From an uncultured Rhodospirillaceae bacterium (GTDB lineage Bacteria > Pseudomonadota > Alphaproteobacteria > Rhodospirillales > UBA2165): a DNA stretch of 64,000 nucleotides. Every line of letters begins with the position of its first letter. The stretch's first letter is position 1. The stretch lies in the NCBI GenBank assembly GCA_913020445.1, contig CAJWAR010000002.1, positions 20,275-84,274 of the forward strand. The letters are read 5' to 3'. Below the pieces are notes generated by a model, which was given only the letters and a program-made list of their open reading frames with translations, did not search any database and was not told where the DNA came from. Positions 31,381 through 39,660 of this stretch are shown in pieces. The translations under genes were made by a program, and so were the position numbers.

Positions 31381-31499
31381 AAAAAAATTGGGGCGCCGTT
31401 TGCGGCTGCCCCAACTAATGCATTCCCTGTTAAACTCGCCCGTTTAAAAATGCACGGGAAATGTACCTAAGACCTGTTCATCAGGTCAAGAGGTCAATC
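31381..31499 (-). ncRNA. Candidate sRNA B (~120 nt)
   Basis: Minus-strand TTGAAA-N17-TGTAAT promoter (31534-31506), two hairpins, linker GAGUUUAACAGGGA, GC-rich terminator + U7 with no minus-strand CDS to terminate. Confidence 0.55.
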
Positions 31500-31645
31500 T
31501 CATTTATTACAAAAAAAATATATTGCTTTTTCAAAAAAAATTTTATCAGAATTCTAGTGTTGGTCTTTAAAGCACTGCTTCTTTGACAAACTAAGCAAGG
31601 CTAAATATTCTGCTGGCTTGATTATCACCGAATTGGAACAGACCA

Positions 31646-32506
31646 ATGATTGTTCTCAAAGACCTTTGCTATATTCGATTGGGTACTGAAGATTTAGCGG
31701 GTGCCGAGCAATTTACGACTAATATTGTCGGCCTTCAGGCAATCCGGAAATCTGCTGACCGTCTTTATCTCCGCAGCAATTACCGGGATCATACATTGTG
31801 CTACTTCAAAGGTGATCCGTCTGATCACATGGTTGGCATTGAACTGAAAGACTGGCTTGGCCTTGAAGCAGCTATGTCATCTCTTGAAGCGGCGGGATAT
31901 CCCTGTACCCGGGGAACTAAGGACGAAATTGAAGATCGCTCGGTTGAAGATTTCTGCTGGTTTAAAGACCCGACTGGAAATCGCATTGAACTCGTCATCC
32001 GTCCACACGACGCCAACCGCCGCTACTTTCCATCGCGCGATGCCGGCGTGGTCGGCCTTGGACATATTGGCTTGAATTCTACTGACCCGGCGCGGGACGA
32101 AGCGTTTTGGACGACCTACTTCAATATTAGAGTGAGCGATTGGATCGGCGAATGCCCGCTTTTGAGAATGAAAGATGTACATCATCAGATCGCCCTTTTC
32201 CCGACCACCAAGCCGGGCGTTCAACATATCAATCATCAAGTTGAAGATATCGATGATGTTATGCGGTCGTGGTATTTCCTCCAGGAGCAGCAAATCAAAA
32301 TAGTTTTCGGCCCGGGACGCCATGCAACTTCGGGCGGCTACTTTCTTTATTATGATGGCCATGATGGCATGGTGTTTGAGTATTCGAATTCTGATCGATT
32401 TATCATTGAAGATGATGAAAATTATCGTCCCCGGCAATTCCCGATGTCGGCGGAATCTTTTTGCGTCTGGGGGAGTAAACCCGATATCCCCGAATTTCAG
32501 GCCTGA
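31646..32506 (+). CDS. Two-domain VOC extradiol ring-cleavage dioxygenase (CmtC-like)
   Basis: YIRLGT..., F.DPTGNRIEL, GHIGL, HHQIAL, QHINHQV, GPGRH..SGG.FLY, FEYS (His/His/Glu metal triad). Confidence 0.82.
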   Translation: MIVLKDLCYIRLGTEDLAGAEQFTTNIVGLQAIRKSADRLYLRSNYRDHTLCYFKGDPSDHMVGIELKDWLGLEAAMSSLEAAGYPCTRGTKDEIEDRSVEDFCWFKDPTGNRIELVIRPHDANRRYFPSRDAGVVGLGHIGLNSTDPARDEAFWTTYFNIRVSDWIGECPLLRMKDVHHQIALFPTTKPGVQHINHQVEDIDDVMRSWYFLQEQQIKIVFGPGRHATSGGYFLYYDGHDGMVFEYSNSDRFIIEDDENYRPRQFPMSAESFCVWGSKPDIPEFQA

Positions 32507-32517
32507 TCAGCGCCAAC

Positions 32518-32602
32518 AAAAAAAGCCGCTCCTAATTTGGAGCGGCTAGAGTTTAACAGGGAGGTGTCATAGTCTTCATTTGAAAGAAGGGAACCTATGA
32601 CA
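32518..32602 (-). ncRNA. Candidate sRNA A (~85 nt) with anti-SD CCUCCC motif
   Basis: 5' stem UGUCAUAG/CUAUGACA, single-stranded CCUCCCUGUUAAACUC, terminator AGCCGCUCC/GGAGCGGCU + U7. Confidence 0.7.
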
Positions 32603-32625
32603 GCTTGCAGAATATCCCGGGCGCA

Positions 32626-32641
32626 TTAAAACTTCGTTAAC
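32626..32641. promoter_or_regulatory. CtrA-type binding box upstream of candidate sRNA A
   Basis: TTAA-AACTTCG-TTAAC exactly matches TTAA-N7-TTAAC, about 25-40 nt upstream of the predicted 5' end; TATTCT could be the -10. Confidence 0.6.
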
Positions 32642-32700
32642 ACTTTTATGTTCGGCGGATTAGCGAGCAAGTCCCACAAAGTTGGCGTCAAAAAGTCGAG

Positions 32701-32883
32701 TTATTTCTTAAACACGTCTTCCGCACCGGCCCGGGCTTTTTGCTTTAATTCGATTTCCACTTCAACACGCTTAATTTCGGCCTGAAGTTCTTCAATATAT
32801 TCGCCAAGCGCTTCAATCGACATAACCTCGAGGTCTTTAATCTCCGGCTTTTTTACAATTGGTTCCAGATCATCTGTATCCAT
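32701..32883 (-). CDS. DUF1192 family protein
   Basis: MDTDDLEP...DL..MSIE.L.EYI..L.AEI.R...AE.VFK. Confidence 0.85.
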   Translation of the reverse strand: MDTDDLEPIVKKPEIKDLEVMSIEALGEYIEELQAEIKRVEVEIELKQKARAGAEDVFKK

Positions 32884-33113
32884 AGCGCGCTCCCGAAATA
32901 TATATATCGACCCAAAATTTCACAATCAGCGCCTATTTTCTCCATCATAAACAGGTGATGACAACCTTTTTTAACGCCAACTCCGCATTTTAATACAAAT
33001 AAAGTGCTCCGCATGGTTTGACGCGGCTTTATGTCAGGCTTATATTCCCGGTCATGTGAAAAGCCCTGCTGGCTTAAGCAACCCCCGAAACTTTGAATAT
33101 AGGGAAATGGAAG

Positions 33114-34124
33114 ATGGCTCAGCCACTTATGCCGAAGGCAACCGCCGTTTGGCTCGTTGATAACACGGCACTTACTTTTGATCAGATCGCTGATTTTTGC
33201 GGTTTGCATAACCTTGAAGTTCAAGCAATTGCCGATGGTGAAGTCGCACCTGGGATGCAGGGGCTGGACCCGACTGCCAACGGCCAATTGAACCGCGACG
33301 AAATTGTCCGCTGCGAAGCCGATGTATCGGCGCGGATGGAAATGGCCAAGCCATCGGTGCCGATGCCGAAAGTGCGGCAAAAAGGCGCCCGCTATACGCC
33401 AATTTCCAAACGCCAAGATCGCCCGGATGCGATCTCGTGGTTGCTGCGCAGCTATCCTGAACTCAGCGACGCCCAGATTAGTCGCCTCATTGGCACGACC
33501 AAGCCAACTATTAATGCGATACGCGACAAAACTCACCGCAATTCGGCCAACATTAAACCGCAAAGTCCGGTTTATCTTGGTCTTTGTGTGGCCGCTGATT
33601 TAGAGAAAATGATTGCCATTGCGCGGGCTCGGGCAGGTACCACCCACACGCCAACGCAGCCTTTGCCGCCAATAGCCGCGAGCGAGCCACAGGAAGAACC
33701 CGCTATTCTCCCGTCTCAACCACAAGAACCTGCGGTTACTGAGCCGACGGCAGAAGACGTATTCGGTACTGCCAAAGCACCTAAACCAGAAGAAGAGCAA
33801 GTTAGCAGCTCGGATGTCTTTGGACCTGCGGCGGCGCCATCTGAAGATAGCGCAACGGAAGCTGCGCCTGCCGAAGATAGCTCAACAGAATCTGAGCCAG
33901 CAAAAGAAACTGCGCCAGTGGAAGATAGCTCTACAGAAGACGAGCCTGTGAAAGAAGCTGCGCCAGTGGAAGACAAGCCCACAGAAGACGAGCCTGTGAA
34001 AGAAACTGCGCCAGTGGAAGACAAGCCCACAGAAGACGAGCCTGTGAAAGAAGCTGCGGCAGTGGAAGATAGCTCTACAGAAGACAAGCCGGCTGAGGGT
34101 AGTTCAGCAGGCGTACCTGAATAG
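33114..34124 (+). CDS. trcR: DUF1013 family cell-cycle transcription regulator TrcR with acidic repeat tail
   Basis: PLMPKATAVWLVDNT.LTF.QIA.FCGLH.LEV..IADG; RYTP.SKRQDRPDAI.WL; L.GTTK.TI. Confidence 0.88.
   Translation: MAQPLMPKATAVWLVDNTALTFDQIADFCGLHNLEVQAIADGEVAPGMQGLDPTANGQLNRDEIVRCEADVSARMEMAKPSVPMPKVRQKGARYTPISKRQDRPDAISWLLRSYPELSDAQISRLIGTTKPTINAIRDKTHRNSANIKPQSPVYLGLCVAADLEKMIAIARARAGTTHTPTQPLPPIAASEPQEEPAILPSQPQEPAVTEPTAEDVFGTAKAPKPEEEQVSSSDVFGPAAAPSEDSATEAAPAEDSSTESEPAKETAPVEDSSTEDEPVKEAAPVEDKPTEDEPVKETAPVEDKPTEDEPVKEAAAVEDSSTEDKPAEGSSAGVPE
33873..34085 (+). repeat. In-frame 48-bp tandem repeat (~4.4 copies)
   Basis: Units start at 33873, 33921, 33969, 34017, 34065 and mostly encode ED(SS/KP)TEDEPVKE(A/T)APV. 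Confidence 0.92.
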
Positions 34125-34187
34125 CTCGCGACATTAGCCGCGCTTAATCAAATTTATTGGCTAGGTGTGTTTTGGTTTCGGCGCTAT

Positions 34188-34355
34188 TTAAAGCGCGTGC
34201 ATACTTGCTAGTTCGTCTTTTATTCGAAGCTTTTGCCGTTTTAGATCGGCGACGAGCGTATCGTCGGGATGGGGGCGTTTGTTCTCAACATCAATTTCGT
34301 GTTCAAGGTCGACATGCTTGGTTTTAAGCATTGATACTCGATCTTGCTCGTTCAT
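34188..34355 (-). CDS. DUF465/YdcH family protein (55 aa, not in ORF track)
   Basis: GGAG SD; MNEQDRVSMLKTKHVDLEHEIDVENKRPHPDDTLVADLKRQKLRIKDEL. Confidence 0.88.
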   Translation of the reverse strand: MNEQDRVSMLKTKHVDLEHEIDVENKRPHPDDTLVADLKRQKLRIKDELASMHAL

Positions 34356-34513
34356 AGATAAATCTCCATCTAATTCAAAGCGCCAATATCCAAGATGCTA
34401 ATCCTATCAGATATGAAAATCCAGAAAAAAACTGTAACAGTTTGTTCTAGAACCATTCAAAAAACAGCGGTTCTCTGCGGGAAAAATTAATTTAGAACTG
34501 TAAAATCAAATGC

Positions 34514-35056
34514 TTAGACCTTGAGAGCTTGCGCAATTACCCAGATTAATTTTCTCCCGTTTTCAGACAAATCTCCTGATACTGCTTCGAGATAATTAAC
34601 CGTACTCGTCTCAGCTATTTGAACGCAGCCTGCTAAATCTAGCGCATTAATTGTTGGCGGTTGGGAAAACTCACGTTGGCCGGACTGGTAGAGAATCCCC
34701 TGTTCTATTTTTTCACCATCAAGTTCACAACTCTTAATCGCCTGACGTAACTCATCAGATAGTTCGCCAAAATTAATTGACTGGTTCTGTTTCATTTCTT
34801 GCCTGATCTGGCGAAGCCGTTGCACCACACCAGTTTGCCAAGGCTCGATGACAGCCATAATTTCCACCAACTCGGCTTTCTCAAGTATTTCGGCCCGTTC
34901 AACAGCCACCCAGCAGCAATAGAGTACGATATTAACATCGGCGCCAAATTGATCTTGCAGTTTCAAACAGGCGTCTGCCACGCCTTCCCGGCCATAAAAA
35001 TCTAGCGAGAAATTCCAAAATGGATTGTCTTCCATCACGTGATTTGATTCGCTCAT
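34514..35056 (-). CDS. TIGR02444/DUF2390 family protein
   Basis: FW.FSL.FY...GVA.ACL.LQD..GADVN..L.C.W; W...VV..LR..R; EL..E..EQ. Confidence 0.85.
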   Translation of the reverse strand: MSESNHVMEDNPFWNFSLDFYGREGVADACLKLQDQFGADVNIVLYCCWVAVERAEILEKAELVEIMAVIEPWQTGVVQRLRQIRQEMKQNQSINFGELSDELRQAIKSCELDGEKIEQGILYQSGQREFSQPPTINALDLAGCVQIAETSTVNYLEAVSGDLSENGRKLIWVIAQALKV

Positions 35057-35066
35057 TTGGTTTCCA

Positions 35067-36200
35067 TTAATTGCCTAAAGATATGCCGAGCCCGCGCGCC
35101 GTCTGCACCAATGTATCTGTAATATCGACTTCACGGGTGCGCGATGTTACTTCTTCCAACGGCAGATCAACAACTTGGCGATGTTGCCAGGCGACCATGC
35201 GACCATTTTCACCGCTGGCTAAAAGATCTACTGCGCGCACGCCAAAGGCCGAGGCAATAATCCGGTCGTGACTGTTTGGTATACCGCCGCGCTGAACATG
35301 GCCCAATATCGTCACCCGGGTTTCGGTGCCGGTCGCCACATTAATCTGTTCGCCCAATTGATGGCCGATGCCGCCATAGCGCTTCTGGCCGTCGCTGTGC
35401 TCGGCCATCACCGCTTCACCATCCGCTGGACGCGCCGCCTCCGAGCAAACGATCAACGCGTGATCCCGTCCCTGCTCGTGCAATGCTTTTATTTTATTGG
35501 CAATCGGCTCCAGGCGATACGGAATTTCCGGAATCAAAATGACGTCGGCACCGCCGCCAATGCCGGCATTGAGCGCGATGTGCCCGGCATCCCGGCCCAT
35601 CACTTCCAAGATCATCACCCGCTCATGACTTGCGGCCGTCGGCTGCAAGCGATCCAGCGCCTCAACGGCAGTACTCACGGCAGTTGAAAAACCGACAGCA
35701 AATTCAGTAAGCGGCACATCATTGTCGATGGTTTTAGGGACGCCGATGAAGTTAATACCGCCCAGTTTGGTCAGGCGATTAAGGATATCGAGGCTGCCAT
35801 CACCGCCGATTCCAATCAAACCATCGAGTTCCAATTCCTTAAAACCAGCAGCAAATTCCTTCGCGCGGTTTTTTCTGGTGCCGTCCGGCATCGGAAAATC
35901 AAATGGATCACCTTTGTTCGTCGTGCCTAAGATGGTGCCGCCCATGCGTAAAACATTGCCGGTGAAAAGTTTGAGCGTGAGCTCTTCATATCGCGGTGGG
36001 CTGTCCATCAGCCCTCGGGTACCATCGTGGATACCAAGGACACGCCAGCCATAACCCTGAATAGCACGATGCGTCACCGCTCGGATAACCGCATTTAAAC
36101 CGGCACAATCGCCCCCGCTCGTCAACACGCCGATGGTTTTTCCAGGGGTGTTTCCGGGGGTGTTTCCGGGGGTGTTTTTTGTCGAACTATTTTTGACCAC
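35067..36200 (-). CDS. pfkA: 6-phosphofructokinase (group III / mixed-substrate type)
   Basis: TSGGDCAGLNAVIR, GGTILGT, GGDGS, PKTIDND, EVMGR.AG, LGHVQRGG. Confidence 0.93.
   Translation of the reverse strand: MVKNSSTKNTPGNTPGNTPGKTIGVLTSGGDCAGLNAVIRAVTHRAIQGYGWRVLGIHDGTRGLMDSPPRYEELTLKLFTGNVLRMGGTILGTTNKGDPFDFPMPDGTRKNRAKEFAAGFKELELDGLIGIGGDGSLDILNRLTKLGGINFIGVPKTIDNDVPLTEFAVGFSTAVSTAVEALDRLQPTAASHERVMILEVMGRDAGHIALNAGIGGGADVILIPEIPYRLEPIANKIKALHEQGRDHALIVCSEAARPADGEAVMAEHSDGQKRYGGIGHQLGEQINVATGTETRVTILGHVQRGGIPNSHDRIIASAFGVRAVDLLASGENGRMVAWQHRQVVDLPLEEVTSRTREVDITDTLVQTARGLGISLGN
36139..36174. repeat. 12-bp in-frame tandem repeat x3 at the pfkA 5' end
   Basis: TTTCC(A/G)GGGGTG x3, encoding TPGN-TPGN-TPGK on the minus strand. 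Confidence 0.85.
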
Positions 36201-36290
36201 ACTAATATTCCAGGTTAAATAAAATCAATCATCCAATTTTGTGAATTTTTTGGTATTATAGTATTAGGGCTAATTAAATCGAAACCACTT

Positions 36291-36491
36291 ATGACTGACA
36301 ACCTTGAAACCGTAAATCGAATTAAAAAGCTAAAAGATCAGCATCGTAAACTTGATGCCGAGATTGAACTGCTTGCAAGTAAGCCGGACTTCGACCAAAT
36401 CAAGCTGCAGCGGCTCAAGAAAGAGAAATTGGCGTTAAAAGACCAGATCAGCAAAATCGAAGCCGGCGAGGTGCCGGATATAATCGCTTAA
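36291..36491 (+). CDS. DUF465/YdcH family protein
   Basis: H..LD.EI..L...DQ..LQRLKK.KL.LKD.I...PDIIA. Confidence 0.9.
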   Translation: MTDNLETVNRIKKLKDQHRKLDAEIELLASKPDFDQIKLQRLKKEKLALKDQISKIEAGEVPDIIA

Positions 36492-37258
36492 GCTGGCTGG
36501 CTCGATCTTGCTTTTTCACTCGCCGCCAGAAGCAATTGGTCAGGCTGACCATTCGCGACAATTTCCAGCATCCCCCAAACTGCCGTGATCGGATATTCTT
36601 CTTCTGCCATAACAAAAGGTATTTTACGCATCAGCTCGTTCATCGCCTCTGCCTTGGTTGTTACAGCTTCTTCCTGGTAGAGATTCAATATCACCCCAAA
36701 CTCGCCGTGATCCAACGCCCCGACGACATCGACTTCATCCAGGCAACTTCTGATAACGCCTGCGGTATGGACAAGATAGCCATCGCGCAAACCGGCGCCG
36801 TCGCGCTGCCAAAGATCATCAAGCCCCAGAATTTTGACAAACAATAAAAAACTTGGCTCTTTGGTCCTGGTAACATGCTCGGCGGCATGGCTTAGGTACT
36901 GGTCGAAAGCATGGCGGCTAACCACCGGAAGCAGGTCGTGCGAATCCAGCGCCGCCATCAGATGGGCTTCATGTTTTTTTGAGACTTCAGCTTGCCATCT
37001 AATAGTATCCATCTCATGCATGATAAGCGTCATCGCTTCATGAACACGCGGCGTGATCTCTTCAATCGGAATCCCCATGACAAAAGCGGTATCTTTAATT
37101 TGACGGGGCGTGCGTTTAGGCGGCGCCGGCTGTCCTTGTGCGAACGCAGACCGTTTGTAGAAACCGCCATAGGGATTGCTTTGAGGATTTCCTTCACCAT
37201 GCGTATCTAATTGGCGAACGCGCGCATATTCCTGAATTCCACCGATATCAGCCATCAT
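36488..37258 (-). CDS. Degenerate GGDEF-domain protein
   Basis: D.L..V.SR.AF, D.VG.L-DHGEF-GVIL in place of RxGGDEF. Confidence 0.7.
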   Translation of the reverse strand: MMADIGGIQEYARVRQLDTHGEGNPQSNPYGGFYKRSAFAQGQPAPPKRTPRQIKDTAFVMGIPIEEITPRVHEAMTLIMHEMDTIRWQAEVSKKHEAHLMAALDSHDLLPVVSRHAFDQYLSHAAEHVTRTKEPSFLLFVKILGLDDLWQRDGAGLRDGYLVHTAGVIRSCLDEVDVVGALDHGEFGVILNLYQEEAVTTKAEAMNELMRKIPFVMAEEEYPITAVWGMLEIVANGQPDQLLLAASEKARSSQPA

Positions 37259-37460
37259 CCCATCCTCTCGGAAACTAATCAAAACTAGCATTTTCCGCGA
37301 TTCAGGTAAATTTTAAGCGGAAAATTCAAGATTTTGGTCATCATCGAAGAAAACGCCGGCAATTTTCGGAAACTGATTGCCGCATTTGCTTGCAGCAGGT
37401 TATTTGCCTCTTATAATGCCGCCCTTCCCGCCTTAATTGGCTGAAAATAGGAGTTTATCG

Positions 37461-37952
37461 ATGGCCGAGTCTGATCCAATTGTTGGTATAATTATGGGTA
37501 GCCAGTCTGACTGGGCAACGATGAAGCATACCACGCTGACCCTGGAAAAACTTGGTATAGCGTATGAAGCAAAAATCATTTCGGCCCACCGCACGCCGGA
37601 TCGACTGACCAAATACGCCGAATCGGCCCGCGATCGAGGCTTGCAGGTGTTGATTGCCGGCGCCGGCATGGCAGCGGCTCTGCCGGGCGCTGCGGCGGCG
37701 CTAACGCCACTCCCGGTCTTAGGCGTACCGATGGACGGCAAGGTTATGGGCGGGCTCGACGCGTTGCTTGCGATGGCGCAGATGCCGGGTGGTATCCCGG
37801 TCGGCACACTGGCAGTCGGTAAAGCCGGTGCTGTTAATGCGGCCGTACTTGCCGCCAGCATAATCGCGCTCAGTAATGAAGATGTTGCTGCTTCACTTGA
37901 TAAATTCAGGGCCGATCAAACCGCCGGCGTCGCCGAAGAACCTAAAGACTAA
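37461..37952 (+). CDS. purE: N5-CAIR mutase PurE
   Basis: [31 protein letters not shown]. Confidence 0.96.
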   Translation: MAESDPIVGIIMGSQSDWATMKHTTLTLEKLGIAYEAKIISAHRTPDRLTKYAESARDRGLQVLIAGAGMAAALPGAAAALTPLPVLGVPMDGKVMGGLDALLAMAQMPGGIPVGTLAVGKAGAVNAAVLAASIIALSNEDVAASLDKFRADQTAGVAEEPKD

Positions 37953-38600
37953 TTAAAGTCTGAACGCCGGGCGCTGTATTCGACTTAATGGCGCAGTTAG
38001 GCGCTTTAAACGCTTTTTGATTTTGTTTTGAATATTGGGGATTTTCAGGACGCCGGCGATTCGGCGATCGAGGAAATCATGCGTCTCAAGGAATTCTTCC
38101 GAATTGTCAGACAGCCAGTAAAGAATTGTCGAGCCGTAAACGCCGGCAAGCAATGCGCGCTTACTATAATAGCTAAAATCGGTCGAGGTATCACCGATGG
38201 CGTGCCAAATCGTATCCACTGTCCGCGACGTGATTTGCATGCCAGTAAAATGATTGCCGGGAAGTGCGAGGAAGGCCAGAAGCCGCCGCACAGCTTCCCG
38301 GTGGGGGGTTAACAGTTCCAGACGCACTCGGATTCCCATGGCGATACGCTCCCGCATCGACATTTTTTCCAGATCAAGCTTGGCCAATTCAGCCTGCATT
38401 TGGCGATCCATGTAGTCGCCAAAATGTTTGGCGGCTTCTCTAAGTCCACCTGGGAACAACAATTGGGCGTCCGGTGATTTGCCACCGAGGTCTTCATAGC
38501 CGGCGAGAAGAGCTTTCTCACTCCAGCCATCGAAGAGCACATGGGGCAGCATGGCCAATAGAAGGTGGTCGCGTTCTTCAGTATTTTTCGATCGAGACAC
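37953..38600 (-). CDS. COQ9 family ubiquinone biosynthesis protein
   Basis: V.FDGWS, LFPGG, VD.IW..IGD.STDF.YY.KR..L..VY; divergent from rpsU as in the TIGR02396 family. Confidence 0.9.
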   Translation of the reverse strand: MSRSKNTEERDHLLLAMLPHVLFDGWSEKALLAGYEDLGGKSPDAQLLFPGGLREAAKHFGDYMDRQMQAELAKLDLEKMSMRERIAMGIRVRLELLTPHREAVRRLLAFLALPGNHFTGMQITSRTVDTIWHAIGDTSTDFSYYSKRALLAGVYGSTILYWLSDNSEEFLETHDFLDRRIAGVLKIPNIQNKIKKRLKRLTAPLSRIQRPAFRL

Positions 38601-39193
38601 TAACCTTCCTCCACGATTCTTAAATCTGGTTCAGCGCCATCCTCCAGCCCGTGCCCCCGGCGCATCAGTTCGATATTTCGATTGATATCTTCGGCGTAGC
38701 CGAACAGGGTAAAATCGCTCATTCGCACCGGATAAAGCATACCGTCGAGATGATCACATTCATGCTGCACGGCACGGGCATGGAATCCGCTGGCGATACG
38801 TTCCTCGCGATTTCCCTCAAGTGTGTCCCAGGAATATTTAATATGAGAATAGCGCTCGACCGCACCCATTAAATCAGGCACCGACAAACAAGCCTCCCAA
38901 TCTAAATTGGTTTCGTCGCTCAACGGCTCAATTACTGGATTAATCATGACCGTCAATTCTGCTGGTGTGTCTTCCTCGTCTTCACCATTGCGGCTTTCGG
39001 GCACAAAGAAAATTACGACCCGCTTCGATACATGAACCTGCGGCGCAGCCAAGCCGATACCGGCAGCATCTTGCAGAGTGTCCAACATATCCCCGATCAA
39101 TTGGGCAATTTCCGGATCGGTGGGATCAGCCACAGTTTCCGCGATTTGGTTCAGCACGGGATGACCCATGCGAGCGATTTTTAAGATAGCCAT
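38600..39193 (-). CDS. def: Peptide deformylase
   Basis: GIGLAAPQV, EACLS, QHECDHLDG. Confidence 0.95.
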   Translation of the reverse strand: MAILKIARMGHPVLNQIAETVADPTDPEIAQLIGDMLDTLQDAAGIGLAAPQVHVSKRVVIFFVPESRNGEDEEDTPAELTVMINPVIEPLSDETNLDWEACLSVPDLMGAVERYSHIKYSWDTLEGNREERIASGFHARAVQHECDHLDGMLYPVRMSDFTLFGYAEDINRNIELMRRGHGLEDGAEPDLRIVEEG

Positions 39194-39360
39194 GGAGGGA
39201 ATATGACCTAAAAAACCCACCAATCCAACGATTTAGCAAAAAAAAACTTCATTTTTACCAAAAAAACACCATTTGAAGGTTAGAACCCCTTCCCAAGCCA
39301 TAACTGGCGTGTTAGAAGGCCCGACCTTAATGACTATTTGCTACAGGAGTAAGCAAACCC

Positions 39361-39564
39361 GTGCACGTAACAGTCCGTGATAATAACGTTGATCAGGCCC
39401 TTAAGGCGCTGAAAAAGAAAATGCAGCGCGAAGGTGTTTTCCGGGAAATGAAACTACGCCGTTCTTATGAAAAACCATCTGAACGTAAAGCCCGCGAAAA
39501 AGCAGAAGCCATCCGACGCGCTCGGAAGTTAGAACGCAAGCGTCTCGAACGCGAAGGCTTCTAG
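39361..39564 (+). CDS. rpsU: 30S ribosomal protein S21
   Basis: [31 protein letters not shown]. Confidence 0.97.
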   Translation: MHVTVRDNNVDQALKALKKKMQREGVFREMKLRRSYEKPSERKAREKAEAIRRARKLERKRLEREGF

Positions 39565-39660
39565 AACTTCCCTCTCAATAAAATGTTTGCTAATGATTAA
39601 AGTCCGGTTCAACTCTGGACCTTTTGTTGCGCCGATTTCTTAAATGGGCAAACATGATCT

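Noticed and set aside
33873..34085. 48-bp repeats as a CRISPR array
   Set aside because: Head-to-tail units with no unique spacers, in frame within a CDS, and no cas genes.
34444..34458. Possible LexA box GTTC-N7-ATTC upstream of DUF465
   Set aside because: Mismatch in a conserved position and no SOS-related gene downstream.
37461..37952. purE without adjacent purK
   Set aside because: purK may lie elsewhere in the genome; one window cannot show absence.
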